Below the pieces are notes generated by a model. It was not told where the DNA came from and did not search any database. It saw nothing but the letters and a program-made list of their open reading frames with translations. Both the position numbers and the translations under genes were made by a program. Source: a virus. From it: a stretch of 64,000 bases of DNA. The first letter of the stretch is position 1. The number at the start of each line of letters is the position of its first letter. Shown one piece after another: positions 8,942-20,715 of the stretch. Where the stretch lies: positions 1 to 64,000 of IMG/VR virus record IMGVR_UViG_3300033997_000310; one strand, given 5' to 3'.

Positions 8942-10375
8942 ATGTCTGCGGCGGCCCGAAAAATTGCAGAGCCGATTGCATGGGCGCCGCAAGAGGGTGC
9001 GCAGGTTTCGTTTCTGACGTGCCCGATATTCGAGGTTTTGCTTGAAGGCAATCGGGGCGGCGGAAAGACCGATGCGCTACTGATGGACTTCGCCCAACAT
9101 GTCGGCCTTGGCTATGGCGCGGCATGGCGCGGCATCCTGTTCCGCCGGGAATACAAGGAGCTTGGCGATGTGGTTGCCAAGTCCAAGAAGTGGTTCCGGT
9201 TGATCTTCCCAACGGCGCGGTTTCTTGAAAGTCAGGCCGACTACAAATGGCGTTGGCCTACTGGCGAGGAGCTGCTGTTCAGGACTGCCAAGCGGCTTGA
9301 CGACTACTGGTCATATCACGGCCACGAATACCCATGGATTGGCTGGGAAGAACTCACGAATTGGGGTTCGCCGGACCTCTACGAGCAGATGAAGTCTGTA
9401 TGCCGCTCCTCATCGGCCAAGGTGCCGAGGAAGTATCGCGCAACGACTAATCCGTTTGGGCCTGGGCATTCGTGGGTGAAGAAGCGATTCATTGATCCGG
9501 GGCCGGCAGGCTGCATCATTCGAGATAAGCAGGGGAACCTTCGCACCAGGGTTCACAGCGATCTGAACCAAAACAGGGTTCTTCTCAGCGCCGACCCGAA
9601 CTACCGCTCCAACATCGCCGCCAACAGCAACGAGGCGCAGCGCAAGGCGTGGCTTGAAGGGTCATGGGACATCGTGTCCGGCGGCATGTTCACGGACATC
9701 TGGGACCGTGCCGTGCATGTGCTGCCGCGCTTCCAGGTTCCGTCTTCGTGGCGCATCGATCGGTCTTTCGACTGGGGTTCTTCTTCTCCGTTTGCGGTCA
9801 TCTGGTGGGCTGAAAGCGATGGCACCGATCTGAAAATGCCGAACGGCCAGACAATGCGAACCGTCCGTGGCGACCTATTCGCCATTCACGAGTGGTACGG
9901 CTGGAACGGCAAGCCCAACGAAGGCCTTCGATTGCTGGCAACTGAGGTCGCCAAGGGCATCCTGAAGCGCGAACAGGAAATGGGGCTGCTTGGTCGGGTG
10001 AAGGCCGGGCCGGCTGACAACCAGATTTACCAGCGCATGAATGGCATGTGCCTTGCCGACGACATGAAGGCCGCTGGCGTGACCTGGATTGAATCCGACA
10101 AGTCGCCCGGCTCCCGCGCGTCTGGCTGGGAAGCAATGCGAATCAGGTTGGCGCAATCCAAGCCAGAAAAGCCGGGACTGCCACGGGAACGGCCCGGCAT
10201 GTTCCTTTGCGACACCTGTCGTCACGGCATCAACCAAATCAGCACCACGGCCCTGCATGAAACCAAGCAGGATGAAATCCACGAGACTGCTGAAGACCAC
10301 TGGCTTGATGCGGCCAGGTATCGAATTTTTCGCCGCCGGAGCACTGCCGGCAATATGCAGATCAAAGGGCTCTGA
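8942..10375 (+). CDS. terL: Terminase large subunit
   Basis: GNRGGGKT Walker A, WEELT Walker B, TTNP coupling motif, FDWG and EDHWLDAARY nuclease motifs. Confidence 0.95.
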   Translation: MSAAARKIAEPIAWAPQEGAQVSFLTCPIFEVLLEGNRGGGKTDALLMDFAQHVGLGYGAAWRGILFRREYKELGDVVAKSKKWFRLIFPTARFLESQADYKWRWPTGEELLFRTAKRLDDYWSYHGHEYPWIGWEELTNWGSPDLYEQMKSVCRSSSAKVPRKYRATTNPFGPGHSWVKKRFIDPGPAGCIIRDKQGNLRTRVHSDLNQNRVLLSADPNYRSNIAANSNEAQRKAWLEGSWDIVSGGMFTDIWDRAVHVLPRFQVPSSWRIDRSFDWGSSSPFAVIWWAESDGTDLKMPNGQTMRTVRGDLFAIHEWYGWNGKPNEGLRLLATEVAKGILKREQEMGLLGRVKAGPADNQIYQRMNGMCLADDMKAAGVTWIESDKSPGSRASGWEAMRIRLAQSKPEKPGLPRERPGMFLCDTCRHGINQISTTALHETKQDEIHETAEDHWLDAARYRIFRRRSTAGNMQIKGL

Positions 10376-10377
10376 CC

Positions 10378-11784
10378 ATGCCATTGGAAACCGTACATCC
10401 AGACTACGCCGCGCATTTCCGCCAATGGCAGCGCATCAGGGACTGCATAGCCGGCGAAGACGCCGTGAAGGCGGCCAAGGAGCGATATCTGCCGCGGCCA
10501 TCCGGCATGGACGATCCGATGTTCGACGCCTATGTCGAGCGGGCCTGCTTCTTCGGGGCCACGCGCCGCACGGTGCAGGGCCTGCACGGTGCCATGTTCC
10601 GCAAGGCGCCAGAGGCAACGCTGCCGGCCGGCGAGCGCTACGCCGCCCTGGTCGACAACATCGACCTGCAGGGCACGCCGCTGGACGTGTTCGCGTCGAC
10701 GCTGTGCTGGGAACTGCTGGCCATGGGCCGGGTCGGAATTCTCACCGACATGACGGCGGCAGGTGATCCCTACCTGATCATGTACATCGCGGAGAACATC
10801 ACCAACTGGCGGGAGGCCGACGTCGGCAACGTCCCAGTGCCGGACCAGTTCATCCTCATGGAGACCTACACGATCCCGGCGCTCGACGGCTTCGGCAGCG
10901 AGATCAAGAAGCGATATCGCGTCCTGGAGCTTGACGAAAACGGCCTGTATCGCCAGCGCATCTTTCAGCGGCCCGACCAGGGCGGTGAGTGGGTCGTGAC
11001 GGTGGTTGAGCCGAAAGTTCGCGGCAATCGCCTGAACACGATTCCGTTCAGCGTCCTTTCCCCGACGCAATTGCAGCTTGCCATCGAGACCAGCCCCATC
11101 AAGGAGTTGGTCGACATGAACGTCAGCCACTATCGCACGTCGGCTGACTTGGAACACGGCGCGCACTGGACGGCAACTCCGACGCCGTGGGTTTCTGGTC
11201 CATTCTCGGACGTACCGCCAGCCCTGAGTGTTGGATCAATGGCGGCATTGGTGCTGCCTGAAGGCTCCCAGGTCGGCATGCTAACCCTGAAGGGAGACGA
11301 CCTGGGCGCGCTGTTCAAGCAGCTCGAACAGAAGCAGGCCAAGATGGCGCAGCTCGGCGCCCGCCTGCTGGAAGACCAGAAACGCGCCGCCGAGACCGCG
11401 GAATCGAAGCGCCTGCAATACAGTGGCGAAAACTCCGTGCTGGCCACCATCGCCAACACCGCGAGCCGGGCCCTGACCCGCAACATCGGCTGGGCGGTGG
11501 AATGGCTGGGCGGCAACCCGGCGGACGTCGCTATCCAGGTCAATACCGACTTCTTCGACGCAACCATCGACCCGACGCTGCTGTCTTCCATGCTCGCGGC
11601 GGTGCAGGGCGGCTACATGAGCACCGACACCTTCATTTGGAACCTGATCAAGGGCGAACTGACCCCGCCGGGCAGGACGGTGGAGGAGGAGAAGGAGTTG
11701 ATCGAGATGCAGGGGCCGTCGTTTACACCGAACGTCGATCCCCCGCCGGCCGACGCCGACGCTGAAACGCAGCAGGTGGCGTGA
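10378..11784 (+). CDS. Portal protein (DUF4055 type)
   Basis: HPDY...YLPRP...YVERA, HYRTSADLEH, AETAES; follows TerL. Confidence 0.9.
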   Translation: MPLETVHPDYAAHFRQWQRIRDCIAGEDAVKAAKERYLPRPSGMDDPMFDAYVERACFFGATRRTVQGLHGAMFRKAPEATLPAGERYAALVDNIDLQGTPLDVFASTLCWELLAMGRVGILTDMTAAGDPYLIMYIAENITNWREADVGNVPVPDQFILMETYTIPALDGFGSEIKKRYRVLELDENGLYRQRIFQRPDQGGEWVVTVVEPKVRGNRLNTIPFSVLSPTQLQLAIETSPIKELVDMNVSHYRTSADLEHGAHWTATPTPWVSGPFSDVPPALSVGSMAALVLPEGSQVGMLTLKGDDLGALFKQLEQKQAKMAQLGARLLEDQKRAAETAESKRLQYSGENSVLATIANTASRALTRNIGWAVEWLGGNPADVAIQVNTDFFDATIDPTLLSSMLAAVQGGYMSTDTFIWNLIKGELTPPGRTVEEEKELIEMQGPSFTPNVDPPPADADAETQQVA

Positions 11785-12675
11785 TGGAGGCGGCGACGGA
11801 AGCGCCAGACATCTCCGGCTTCGGTTGGTGGCCGGGCGGGTATCTGCATCGGCATTGCTCGGACTGCGACAAGGAGTTCATGGGCGGAAAGCGCGCCGTG
11901 CGGTGCCAGGACTGCGCCACGGCGGCCATGCAACGCTGGAGCGACAAGAGGCAAGCCAGGCCCGCGCAGCCCACGGAGACGGCTCTGGAGCGCATCCGGC
12001 GCAAGGTGGCGGGCCGAACCGACCTGCACGACCGGGACAGCGCGGGCGCCATCGGGATCAAGATGGGCGACCTGCGGGCGCTCTTGACGGAGATTGAACA
12101 ATGACCACCGAACCCAACAAAATCCGCGTGTCCGTCGACAAGGACGATCCTGGCTATAGCCCGTTCGCGGTGTATTGCCCCGCATCTCTGGATGGGATGG
12201 AGCAGAAGCGGTGCATCACCGCTGACGAGGCTGCCGGCACCATTCGCCGCTATGTAACCGACGAGGACGGCAAGCCGGTGGTGGAGAACGACCACTTCGT
12301 GGCCGAGACCGTCACCGGCACCGTCGTCATCACGCTCCGCGAGAACGTCCCCAGCGTCGTCAAGGAGTGGTGGGCCAAGGTGCGGGGCATCTGACCAACA
12401 TCAACCGTCAACATCGCATCAGGAGAAAGCCAATGACTACCAAGACCATGACCATCGGAATCAAGATCGACACCGCCGGCTTCAAGCTGCCGTTCCTGGC
12501 AACGGCCTGCCTCTACGGCGCGGCCGTGCTCAACTGGATCGGCTTCAAGCGCATCACGTCCAGCAACGCCGCTGAATGGGCGGTGCGCCGCTTCCTGAAG
12601 GTCGACATCAAGAGCGATGGCGACCGCATGACCGCTCGGTTCGTGAAGCGCCCGCTGTTCCGGAAGGCTGCATGA
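11784..12675 (+). other. Three hypothetical genes (11784-12104 Zn ribbon, 12101-12394, 12433-12675)
   Basis: Coupled ORFs; first has CSDC...CQDC. Confidence 0.6.
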
Positions 12676-13196
12676 CGGCCCCGATCTCCATCATCGTCGC
12701 CGTCGGCCGCAACGGCATCATCGGAACCGGCAACCGCCTGCCCTGGCCCCGCATCCAGGCCGACATGGACTGGTTTCGCCGGCACACGCTCTCCACGCCC
12801 GGCCAGCCCGTCATCATGGGTCGCCGCACATGGGAGAGCCTGGGCGGGAAGGGGCTGCCTGACCGGTTCAACATCGTCGTTTCGCGCACCCTGAGTCGCG
12901 ACAGCCATGCCAACACCATCGTCTGTCGGACCATCAAGGACGCCCGCTGGGCGGCGCTGGACACGGCCAGACGGATTGGCGCGACTGGTGAGGCCTTCGT
13001 CATCGGCGGGGCCGAAATCTACCGGGCGTTCCTGCCGCTGGTGCAGACCATCTATTTGACCGAAGTGGACGCGGAGCCGGCCGGTGACGCGCGGTTCGAC
13101 TTTGACCGGGCAGGGTGGCGCGAGACGGTCGCTGAACAGCACGCGGCCGCCGGCGGGGCGCCTGCGTGCATCATGAAAGTGCTGGAGAGGGTTTGA
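12672..13196 (+). CDS. folA: Dihydrofolate reductase
   Basis: IIVAVGRNGIIG, LPW, DMDWF, VIMGRRTWESL, VIGGAEIY, GDARF. Confidence 0.95.
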   Translation: MTAPISIIVAVGRNGIIGTGNRLPWPRIQADMDWFRRHTLSTPGQPVIMGRRTWESLGGKGLPDRFNIVVSRTLSRDSHANTIVCRTIKDARWAALDTARRIGATGEAFVIGGAEIYRAFLPLVQTIYLTEVDAEPAGDARFDFDRAGWRETVAEQHAAAGGAPACIMKVLERV

Positions 13197-16100
13197 TTGG
13201 CGCCGCTTCCTCTTTGCCTATCTGCTGCGCCAATCGCATCCCGCTGAGGAACACCGTGGCGATGCACTGCTGAAACGGCAGACCGCCATTGGCCGCGTGG
13301 TTGAAGGCGTCCATGCTGAGGTTGGCCAGAATCTCCCGCGTCTCTGCATCAAACTGCACCGCGGTCAAACCGCCCGGCACCATGCCTGCGTCGATGCGGC
13401 ACCGGCTGGCTTGGGGCTCAAGGTGCTCTGGTTTCATGTCACGCCTTCAAGTTCAGCCATCATACCAACCACGCGGGAGCGGGCCTGCCTAAAGACCAGG
13501 GCGTCGGTAAAGAATTCCGCTTCCGCCTCCAGCTCCGTCAGGAGAATGGCGATGTCGTAAAGCTGGTCCATGATCGTGCCCATCATTCACCGCCTGATCC
13601 AAATCAGAAACCGCTGCCAGAACCTGGAGAGCGGGCCTTGCCCTTGCATCTCTACCCGCAGCGCCGAATTCTCGCGCCGCGGCGCTTCCGGATTCTTGAT
13701 GCCGATGCTTTCTCCGATTTCCCACGACACCGATGTTTGGCCGCTGGCAATCATGCCACCCATCGGATGCTGCATCAGGACGCTATAGTTGATGGTGTCT
13801 GGGATCGTGTATCGCCGCAGGCCCGGCATGCGCCACTCTCTGATCGTTCCATCGGAGGATACCACCCTTATCGGCCCCTCATTGTCGGGAACAATCCTGA
13901 CGCCAATCTTGCTTACTTCAATGGTGATCGTGCCCAGGAAAGGGCCTTTGGCGCTAGTCATCACTTCCCCCTATAGGCCGCGCGGACGGCGTTGGCGAGG
14001 CGCAGCAGCCGGAAGAAGCGGCTATTGGGCATCTTGACTGCCTGCGGCCAATGGCGCGCTTCGAACGGCCAAACCCCGGCATCTGAGCCGCGCCCACTGT
14101 CGATTGATACGACCTTCCTCAGCGTCTTGGCCCTTTTCACGTGGCTGCGGCGGCTCATATCGACCTCCATTCGCATACCGGGTCAGATGCGACGCCTTCG
14201 GCGTTTTCCGCCCAGCACATCCCGTCGGTCCAGCAATCTGGCGGCCTGTTGCACTGGTCCTCAACGGCCACCCGCGCCCAATCGCAGTCATCAAAGCCAG
14301 GGTTGATGCGCTTTGCCAGGAAAGAATGACCGCCGGCCGTGGTGACCATGACGGCGATGCCCATCGGGGGGAGGAAGGCGCGTTTGATCCGACGGAGTTT
14401 GCTCTGGCGGCTCATTGGCCACCTCGCGCTCGCGCAAGCACTTCACGCGCCTTTTCCATGGCCGCAAGCCGCGCATCGTCTCGCCCCTGATTACCATCTC
14501 CATCATCAATGATCTGCAACAATCCGTCTAATGCCTCATATAGGCATGGTGCCGCCGCAATCAGATAAGCGTCAGGCGCATCTACCCCACGGATATCGTA
14601 CCGGTAGACGCTGCCATCCGCTTTTGCCTGATCCATGCCGCGAACGCTTTTTTCACCGACCTCAAACATCAGGAGGTCTTTTGCATTTACCATCCTGTCA
14701 TGCGGCTGGAAAACCGGCTGCGCCCCGGTCATTCCCCATCGGCGGAACTTCATCACATACCGTCGGCCCCCGTGCCTTGTCGCCAGATACAGCGTGTTGC
14801 TTTGCGCATTGCCGAACCACTCCCACGGCCCGCGTGTAAATTCCGGTTCGCTCATCACGCACCCCCCTTTCCCAGCTTGGCGATTGCGGCGCGGGCGCGG
14901 CGAAAATCGCTGGGTCCAAACCAATCAACGATGCGGGTGTGGCTCATAGGGCCGGTCCATCCATCATCATCGACGTTGTTGGTTCCATACTCGGCAAACG
15001 GTTCCAGCGCCTCCCGCATCTCCCGGACCACGTTGAGCTGGGGGACGGGCGCGATCCAGTCCAGCTTGTCCTTGTCCTGCGCAATCTCGCTTCCGGCAAT
15101 CCAGACATCGCCGCGATTGTCAATTTCCGCTGTATTGGGGCCGTTGACGTCCTGAAACCAATACAGCCCCGGCTCCGTGGGCACAAAACGGTCGGTCATG
15201 ATGCTTCCCCTTGCAAATGGACGGATACCCAGATCGGGCCAATGTTGAGCACGCGGAACCATCCGCTATGTCGCTCGCTGAACAGCACGATTGGGGCCTG
15301 TCGCTGCACCCGCGCCTTGATCAGCAGGCGGCCAATACGGACGGTCACGCCCCAGCGCCATGGCCGGATTAGAAACATCGGACGGGCGTAGGTCATGATG
15401 CTTCTCCGTTCGGAAGAGCGCGAATACGGTCAATTGTGGGCTGCACAGCCTCAGCACAGCCATCCCATTTGGCGTCATAGCGGTTGGCATGGCGGGCGTT
15501 GACTTGGTACGCGACCAAATCTTTTTCGGCCTCCAAGAGAGCCTCCCGCATCTCCGCGTTCTCGCGGATCAGTTCGGCCATCCTACCGGGCGTCAGGTCG
15601 GCGGTCGGGACGCCAGCGCAGGCCAAATGCGCGGCGGCGGCTTCCTCCATCCATTCTGAAAGCTGTTCCCTGTCCATAATCACCCCTCCCCGGCCTGGGC
15701 CGGCTTGTCATCAGTCTCAGCAGCTCCGCGCATAGCGAAATAGGCCAGCGGAACCGGCAGCCCAACAATGCCTGCCACAAACGCTCCAAGCCCCATCCAT
15801 CGGGCTATGTGTTCGTGACCCAAAGCCAGCGCAAACAGCAGGCAGATGGCCAGCGATGCCGAAATTCCACCGATTACAAGGCTCCAGATCAATCGCATCA
15901 TCTCCCTCCATCAGAACGGGCGGGCGTATCGCACGCCGGCCAATTGCTCCATTTCCAGACGCCGCACGTCCGATGCGGCAGCGGTGGTGTCCTGACCGTG
16001 CCATTCGGCATCGCGAAGCCGCTGGCGCGCCTCCCGCAACGCGTCTTCTATGAGCGGCCATGACAGGTGGGCGCGGTTCATCGTTGCTGTTGCCCGCGCC

Positions 16101-16629
16101 ACGTCGTGCTTGTGCTTGGACAGCGCACGGGCAAAGCGCGGCGTGCCCGGCTCGCCCCACGGCACCGGGATAGCCATCAGCCGCTCAACGGCCTCCACAG
16201 CTTCACGACGGCTGTAATAGACCGCATCGCGCCGCACCACCTTGCCGGTGGCGCGGATTGTCACGATCCAGGTGCGGCGGTGCGGGCTTATCTTCAGGTC
16301 CGCGCTGGGGCTATCGGCAAACGGCTGAACGAAGCGGACGCGCATTGTGCCCGGCGCCCGCTTGGGGCGCACGTTTGGCACGATGGACCATGACGTGTTC
16401 CAGCCGATGTCGATCATTCCGCCTCCACGTAGCCATAAGCCACGATCCGTTGCCCAGCCAGCAGGTCGGCAATCGACTGAAGTTCGCCGCTAGACAGCGC
16501 CTCCGTGATTACGGAAAACTGTTCTTGCTGGCGGCCGGCGCGCAGGTATTCCACGGCAATTTCGCGCTTTTCATCATCGTTAAGATCAAGATCGTTCAAG
16601 CTAAAATCCGAAATTAGCTTTGCCATCAT
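13171..16629 (-). other. String of about 12 small hypothetical genes (13171-13437, 13434-13586, 13587-13964, 13961-14176, 14155-14415, 14412-14855, 14855-15199, 15196-15396, 15393-15683, 15680-15901, 15911-16417, 16414-16629)
   Basis: Contiguous, mostly ATGA/TGATG-coupled ORFs behind the 16658-16716 promoter. Confidence 0.65.
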
Positions 16630-16657
16630 CCCCTCCTGCGGCGCGCCGCTGTTGATA

Positions 16658-16716
16658 ATGAAAATATCTCATAAAACACCGCGCACCGCAACGGCAATTA
16701 TATGCAATCTGCATAT
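16658..16716 (-). promoter_or_regulatory. Leftward promoter with both operator types
   Basis: ATGAAAATATCTCAT 16658-16672; TTGCGG -35 at 16691-16686; ATATGCAATCTGCATAT 16700-16716. Same geometry as 2240-2296. Confidence 0.7.
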
Positions 16717-16717
16717 T

Positions 16718-17716
16718 TCAGAACGGCATGTCGGACTCGTGGATTTCCACGCCGTTAAACGCGGAGTCCAGGCCGTTGGGCCGGCCAACACCGCGCGGTC
16801 CGGTGGGCTTGTGATCGTCGTAAGCGCCTTCCATGAGCTTCACGAAGCTGGATTGCTGGCATAGGAAATCGAGGTTGGCCCGCCACTCGGTTTTCAGCCC
16901 GCGGCAGAACGAGCTGGCCTCCACCTTCTCCAGGGCGCACCGCCAGCCATCCAGGCCGCCGCACTCGCTCAGACGCTTGCGCAGGGCTATCCGGCGGGCC
17001 GGTGTTATCTTCTGCGCCTTGGCCAGTCCGCAACGCTCCGCGGTGGCGTTGTAGAGGCGCACGGCTTCTTCGACTGGATCTTCGCCCGGTTCGATCAACT
17101 GGCCGGTGGGTGTCAGGTCGAGCGGCGGATGGTCGCCACCATGTCCACTGGACGTCCGCTGGATATCCTCGGGACGCGATTCTGACGCCTCGTGGCGCGA
17201 TTCTGACGAGAGAGCATTTATGCTCTCTGATTCATGTTGGTTGTTAGTTGGTGGTTGGTAGTTGTTAGTTAGCTTAAGCGACCCTTCAAGCTCTGCTTGA
17301 GCGTTCGCTTTACCGGACGCTTGATCATCGCTTAAGCGATCGCTTGACGAATTGTCCTTATCAGTCAGCGACTTACGAGATTGCGTCTTTTTTCCGCCAG
17401 CGCGACCAGCGGCTTTTGCCTTTTCAATTCGGCTGGAAGCGCGATTCAATTCCGCCTCACATCTTTCGTTCGTGAGACGTCCGCGCACGCGCTTTATCTT
17501 CCCGCGCTGCTCCAGGTCGGAGAGAATGGGCACCAACTCATCGACCGTCATTCGGCATTCGTGCGCAAGGTCTTCATCGCTGTAATCCAGCGGCCGGCCC
17601 TCGCTATAGATCAGGGCGCAGATCGTGATGTAGACGCCGCGTGCCGCTGCGCTCAGGCGCTTGGTGCCGGCCAGCCATTCATCTGGATAAAAATCAATCC
17701 GGCGGATTTTGCTCAT
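16718..17716 (-). CDS. Phage replication initiator (DUF1376/YdaU N-terminus)
   Basis: FYPDEWLAGTKRLSAAARGVY...LTNERCEAEL; C-terminal FCRG...WRANLDFL...KLMEGAY domain; low-complexity linker carrying iterons. Confidence 0.85.
   Translation of the reverse strand: MSKIRRIDFYPDEWLAGTKRLSAAARGVYITICALIYSEGRPLDYSDEDLAHECRMTVDELVPILSDLEQRGKIKRVRGRLTNERCEAELNRASSRIEKAKAAGRAGGKKTQSRKSLTDKDNSSSDRLSDDQASGKANAQAELEGSLKLTNNYQPPTNNQHESESINALSSESRHEASESRPEDIQRTSSGHGGDHPPLDLTPTGQLIEPGEDPVEEAVRLYNATAERCGLAKAQKITPARRIALRKRLSECGGLDGWRCALEKVEASSFCRGLKTEWRANLDFLCQQSSFVKLMEGAYDDHKPTGPRGVGRPNGLDSAFNGVEIHESDMPF
17236..17350. repeat. Iteron array plus strand-asymmetric tract inside the initiator gene (probable origin)
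   Basis: GCTT-core repeats at 17272, 17295, 17307, 17319, 17330, 17342 (11-12 bp period) next to a G/T-rich tract. Confidence 0.65.
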
Positions 17717-18137
17717 GATGACTCCTATGCGGAGCCTGATGGCCATGCTGTCGCCCTTGGCCTCACCGCAGGGTGAGGGCGGGAGTACGCCCTAAATTCG
17801 GTGGCTCTTTCGAGCGAGCGACAGCATGACGATCAGGCTCCTATACCTACCCTGTCCCGAGGCCAATCGGGCAGTAACAGGATAGCCAAAGCCGCGCCGC
17901 ATAACAATATCTGCTCATGATCGCCATGAGCGAAAACCATGAATCGCGTTGTGGGGATGCCGCTTCTGCGGTACAAAGAAAAAGGCCCACCCGGATTGCC
18001 GTCCAGGTGGGCCAACTGGATCGAAGGAGTCAGCTTCGTGACCCAGCGCAGACATGATGGATTTACTCCATGCCGTGTCCAGCCGCAAACGAATTTTGCT
18101 CGTTCGACTCCTGAACCGCAGACCCGGAGTCCATGTC

Positions 18138-18899
18138 ATGAGCCTCAACATCGCCATCACCCAGCGCCAGGTCGGCGCCGAAACCGTCCAGACCGTCAAC
18201 GCGCGCGACTTGCATGCGTTTCTGCAAGTGCAGTCCGCATTCAAGGACTGGATCGCCCGCCGCATCGCCGACTATGGTTTCCAGGATGGGCGGGACTTTT
18301 GCTCATTTCTGAGCGAAAGCCAGGGCGGCCGCCCGGCCAAGGAATACGCGATCACCATCGACATGGCCAAGGAACTGTCGATGGTCGAGCGCAACGAGCG
18401 CGGCAAGCAGGCGCGTCAGTACTTCATCGAGTGCGAGCGCCGAGCCAAGGCCGCGCCGCAGATCGACCCGCTTCAGATGCTCAATGACCCTGCGGCCATG
18501 CGTGGCCTGCTGCTGAGCTACACCGAGAAGGTCATCGCTCTCCAGGGGCAGGTCGCCGCGATGCAGCCGACCGTTGAAGCCTATGACCGCATCGCCAAGG
18601 CCAAGGAAGGCGCCTGCTCCATCACTCAGGCGGCGAAGGACTTGCAGATGCAGCCGAGCAAGCTGTTCACCTGGCTTGAGGCCAATCGGTGGATCTACAA
18701 GCGCTCCAACAATTCGCGCTGGACGGCGTTTCAGGACAAAATCCAGAACGGGTTCCTTGAGCACAAGGTCACTGAGGTGAACCTGCGTGACGGTGACACG
18801 AAGATCGTCTCTGACGTGCATGTCACGCCGAAGGGGCTGGCCCGGCTTGGTCTGGCCATGGGCATCAAGCTGTCCGCTGTCTCTGGGGGTGCCTCATGA
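18138..18899 (+). CDS. ant: Antirepressor (AntA/AntB + KilA-C)
   Basis: VNARDLHAFL, DMAKELSMVER...ARQYFIECE, SITQAAKDL, VTPKGL. Confidence 0.92.
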   Translation: MSLNIAITQRQVGAETVQTVNARDLHAFLQVQSAFKDWIARRIADYGFQDGRDFCSFLSESQGGRPAKEYAITIDMAKELSMVERNERGKQARQYFIECERRAKAAPQIDPLQMLNDPAAMRGLLLSYTEKVIALQGQVAAMQPTVEAYDRIAKAKEGACSITQAAKDLQMQPSKLFTWLEANRWIYKRSNNSRWTAFQDKIQNGFLEHKVTEVNLRDGDTKIVSDVHVTPKGLARLGLAMGIKLSAVSGGAS

Positions 18900-19340
18900 A
18901 AGAAGAAGCATGGATCGACCTTCTCCCGCCGGCGGGCAGGGAATGGCGCGAAGCTTATGACCGCATCAAGGCGGCCATGGATACCGCTGCCGGTTCTGGG
19001 ATCGATTCCGACATTGTCGCGGATGCCGCCATGGCAGCGTTGGTGGGCTTTCTGGTCGATCAACATCACCTGGAGTCCGAGGTGGTGCGTCGCATTGAGG
19101 TTCTGCTGTCCGAATATCAGGAACTGCAGGGGCAGGGCGGGTTCGGCGGCGTGATAGATGAAGACGTCTGACATGTCAGAAGACGACACAAATATCCGCA
19201 TCCGGGCGGCGATTGCAAGCTACACCGCAGCGGCAACAGCCTCACCAGAAGCGGCGCGGGCCACGCTGGTGCGCGAGGGGATCTATCTGGAGGACGGCCG
19301 GCTGGCGCCGGAATATGGCGGACCTGAGCGGTCTTCCTGA
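18896..19340 (+). other. Two small hypothetical genes (18896-19171, 19173-19340)
   Basis: Coupled to the antirepressor gene. Confidence 0.6.
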
Positions 19341-19411
19341 CCCACATTCCCGCATTACGGCGGCCATCTCTTTCCAGCGATGGATACGGGGCCGTTTTCC
19401 ATTTCAGCCAG

Positions 19412-20715
19412 TTACCACCGCCCGGCTCGCCCCAACTCCCGCCACTTGGGCCGGAACTCCTCTGTGACACGGCAGTGGGCCGACCAATCGCCAGCGCACG
19501 CTTTCAGCGCCGCAGCCTCCTCTTGGGCCAGCAAGGCAATGCGGCCCGCCTTGGTGATTTCCAACTCAGTGGAGACCGCATAGCCTCTGGTCACGAACTG
19601 ACCGTCGGGTCCGATGGTGATCCCCGCTGCGGCCTGGCATGCGTCGCGCAGCTCTGCCCATGACCGATGTCCGACGCTGGTGATCTCGTTCCCATGCGGA
19701 CCCGTCAGCACAATCAGCGCCGCGTGCGCGGGCTGTTCCAGGGCATCGCCAGAAACCAATGTGGACAATTGCATCAGAAACTTCGCCAGCCGGGCGCGCG
19801 GGGTCTCCTGGGGTCGGCGGAAGTTGATGGCCACCACGTTGCTGCAGGTGACCGCCGGCGGCCGATCCAGATCGAGCTCGTCAGCCTGCACCGCTGGTGC
19901 GACCAATTGATGATCCAGCAGGGCGCGCATCGTCGGCTTCTTCACGCTGATTGGCACAGGGCCGAATGGGGACGTCCAGTGGCAACTCCAGCCGCAGTTC
20001 CAGACGCCCTTGCCGCCGTTTCTCAGGGAAAGCCTTCCGGGGCCATTTTTGGGGTCGCTGGGATTTATCTCCCGCATCGCCCACAGGATCGCTGCTTGGG
20101 CATCTGTAATCCGCTGCGGCTTGTAGAAGGGGCGCTCGGTGATATCGGCACGGTCAATGGTTACACCCATGTCGTCACCATTTCGGCCTTGTGATCTCGT
20201 TGCACCAGGCGATGGAGGTGCATGGCTTCTTGTCGGTCGGCACCATCTGGCGGCAGTGCGGGCACTCGACCTGGGTGGGCTCCGCCGGCGCTGGCGTTCC
20301 CAAGTTGATGGGGTAGGGAGGGGTTGGAAAGGCCGCGATGGGCTCGTCCAGCACCGACAGCTTTACCGACGCCACCTGACCGGCCGGCGGGCGCTGAATG
20401 CCACCACACAGCCCGCCGTCTTGCATCTCCGCGTAGGCCGCATCGAATGGCCGTTCCAGATCGTCAGCCATCGCCTTCCTCCTCGTCTTCAAAGTCGCCC
20501 ATGCAGCCGTCGTTGTCCTCCAGCTTGATGGTCAACGGGTCGCCTTCGTCACCAGCCAACACCAGCCGATCAGCCCATTCGTGCGCGCTGAAACCAGCTT
20601 CCCATCCGGGCCGGTGGTTGTCGTCCATCGCGTAGTGGTGCCCCTCGTCAAAGCCGACCGCCGCCAGTTCGCGCCGCACGTCCTCTAACCAACTCGGGAA
20701 TCCGGGGTCTGCCAT
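19412..20715 (-). other. Hypothetical genes (19412-20170, 20175-20471, 20464-20715)
   Basis: Co-oriented, closely packed ORFs; RBS seen for the upstream two. Confidence 0.55.
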
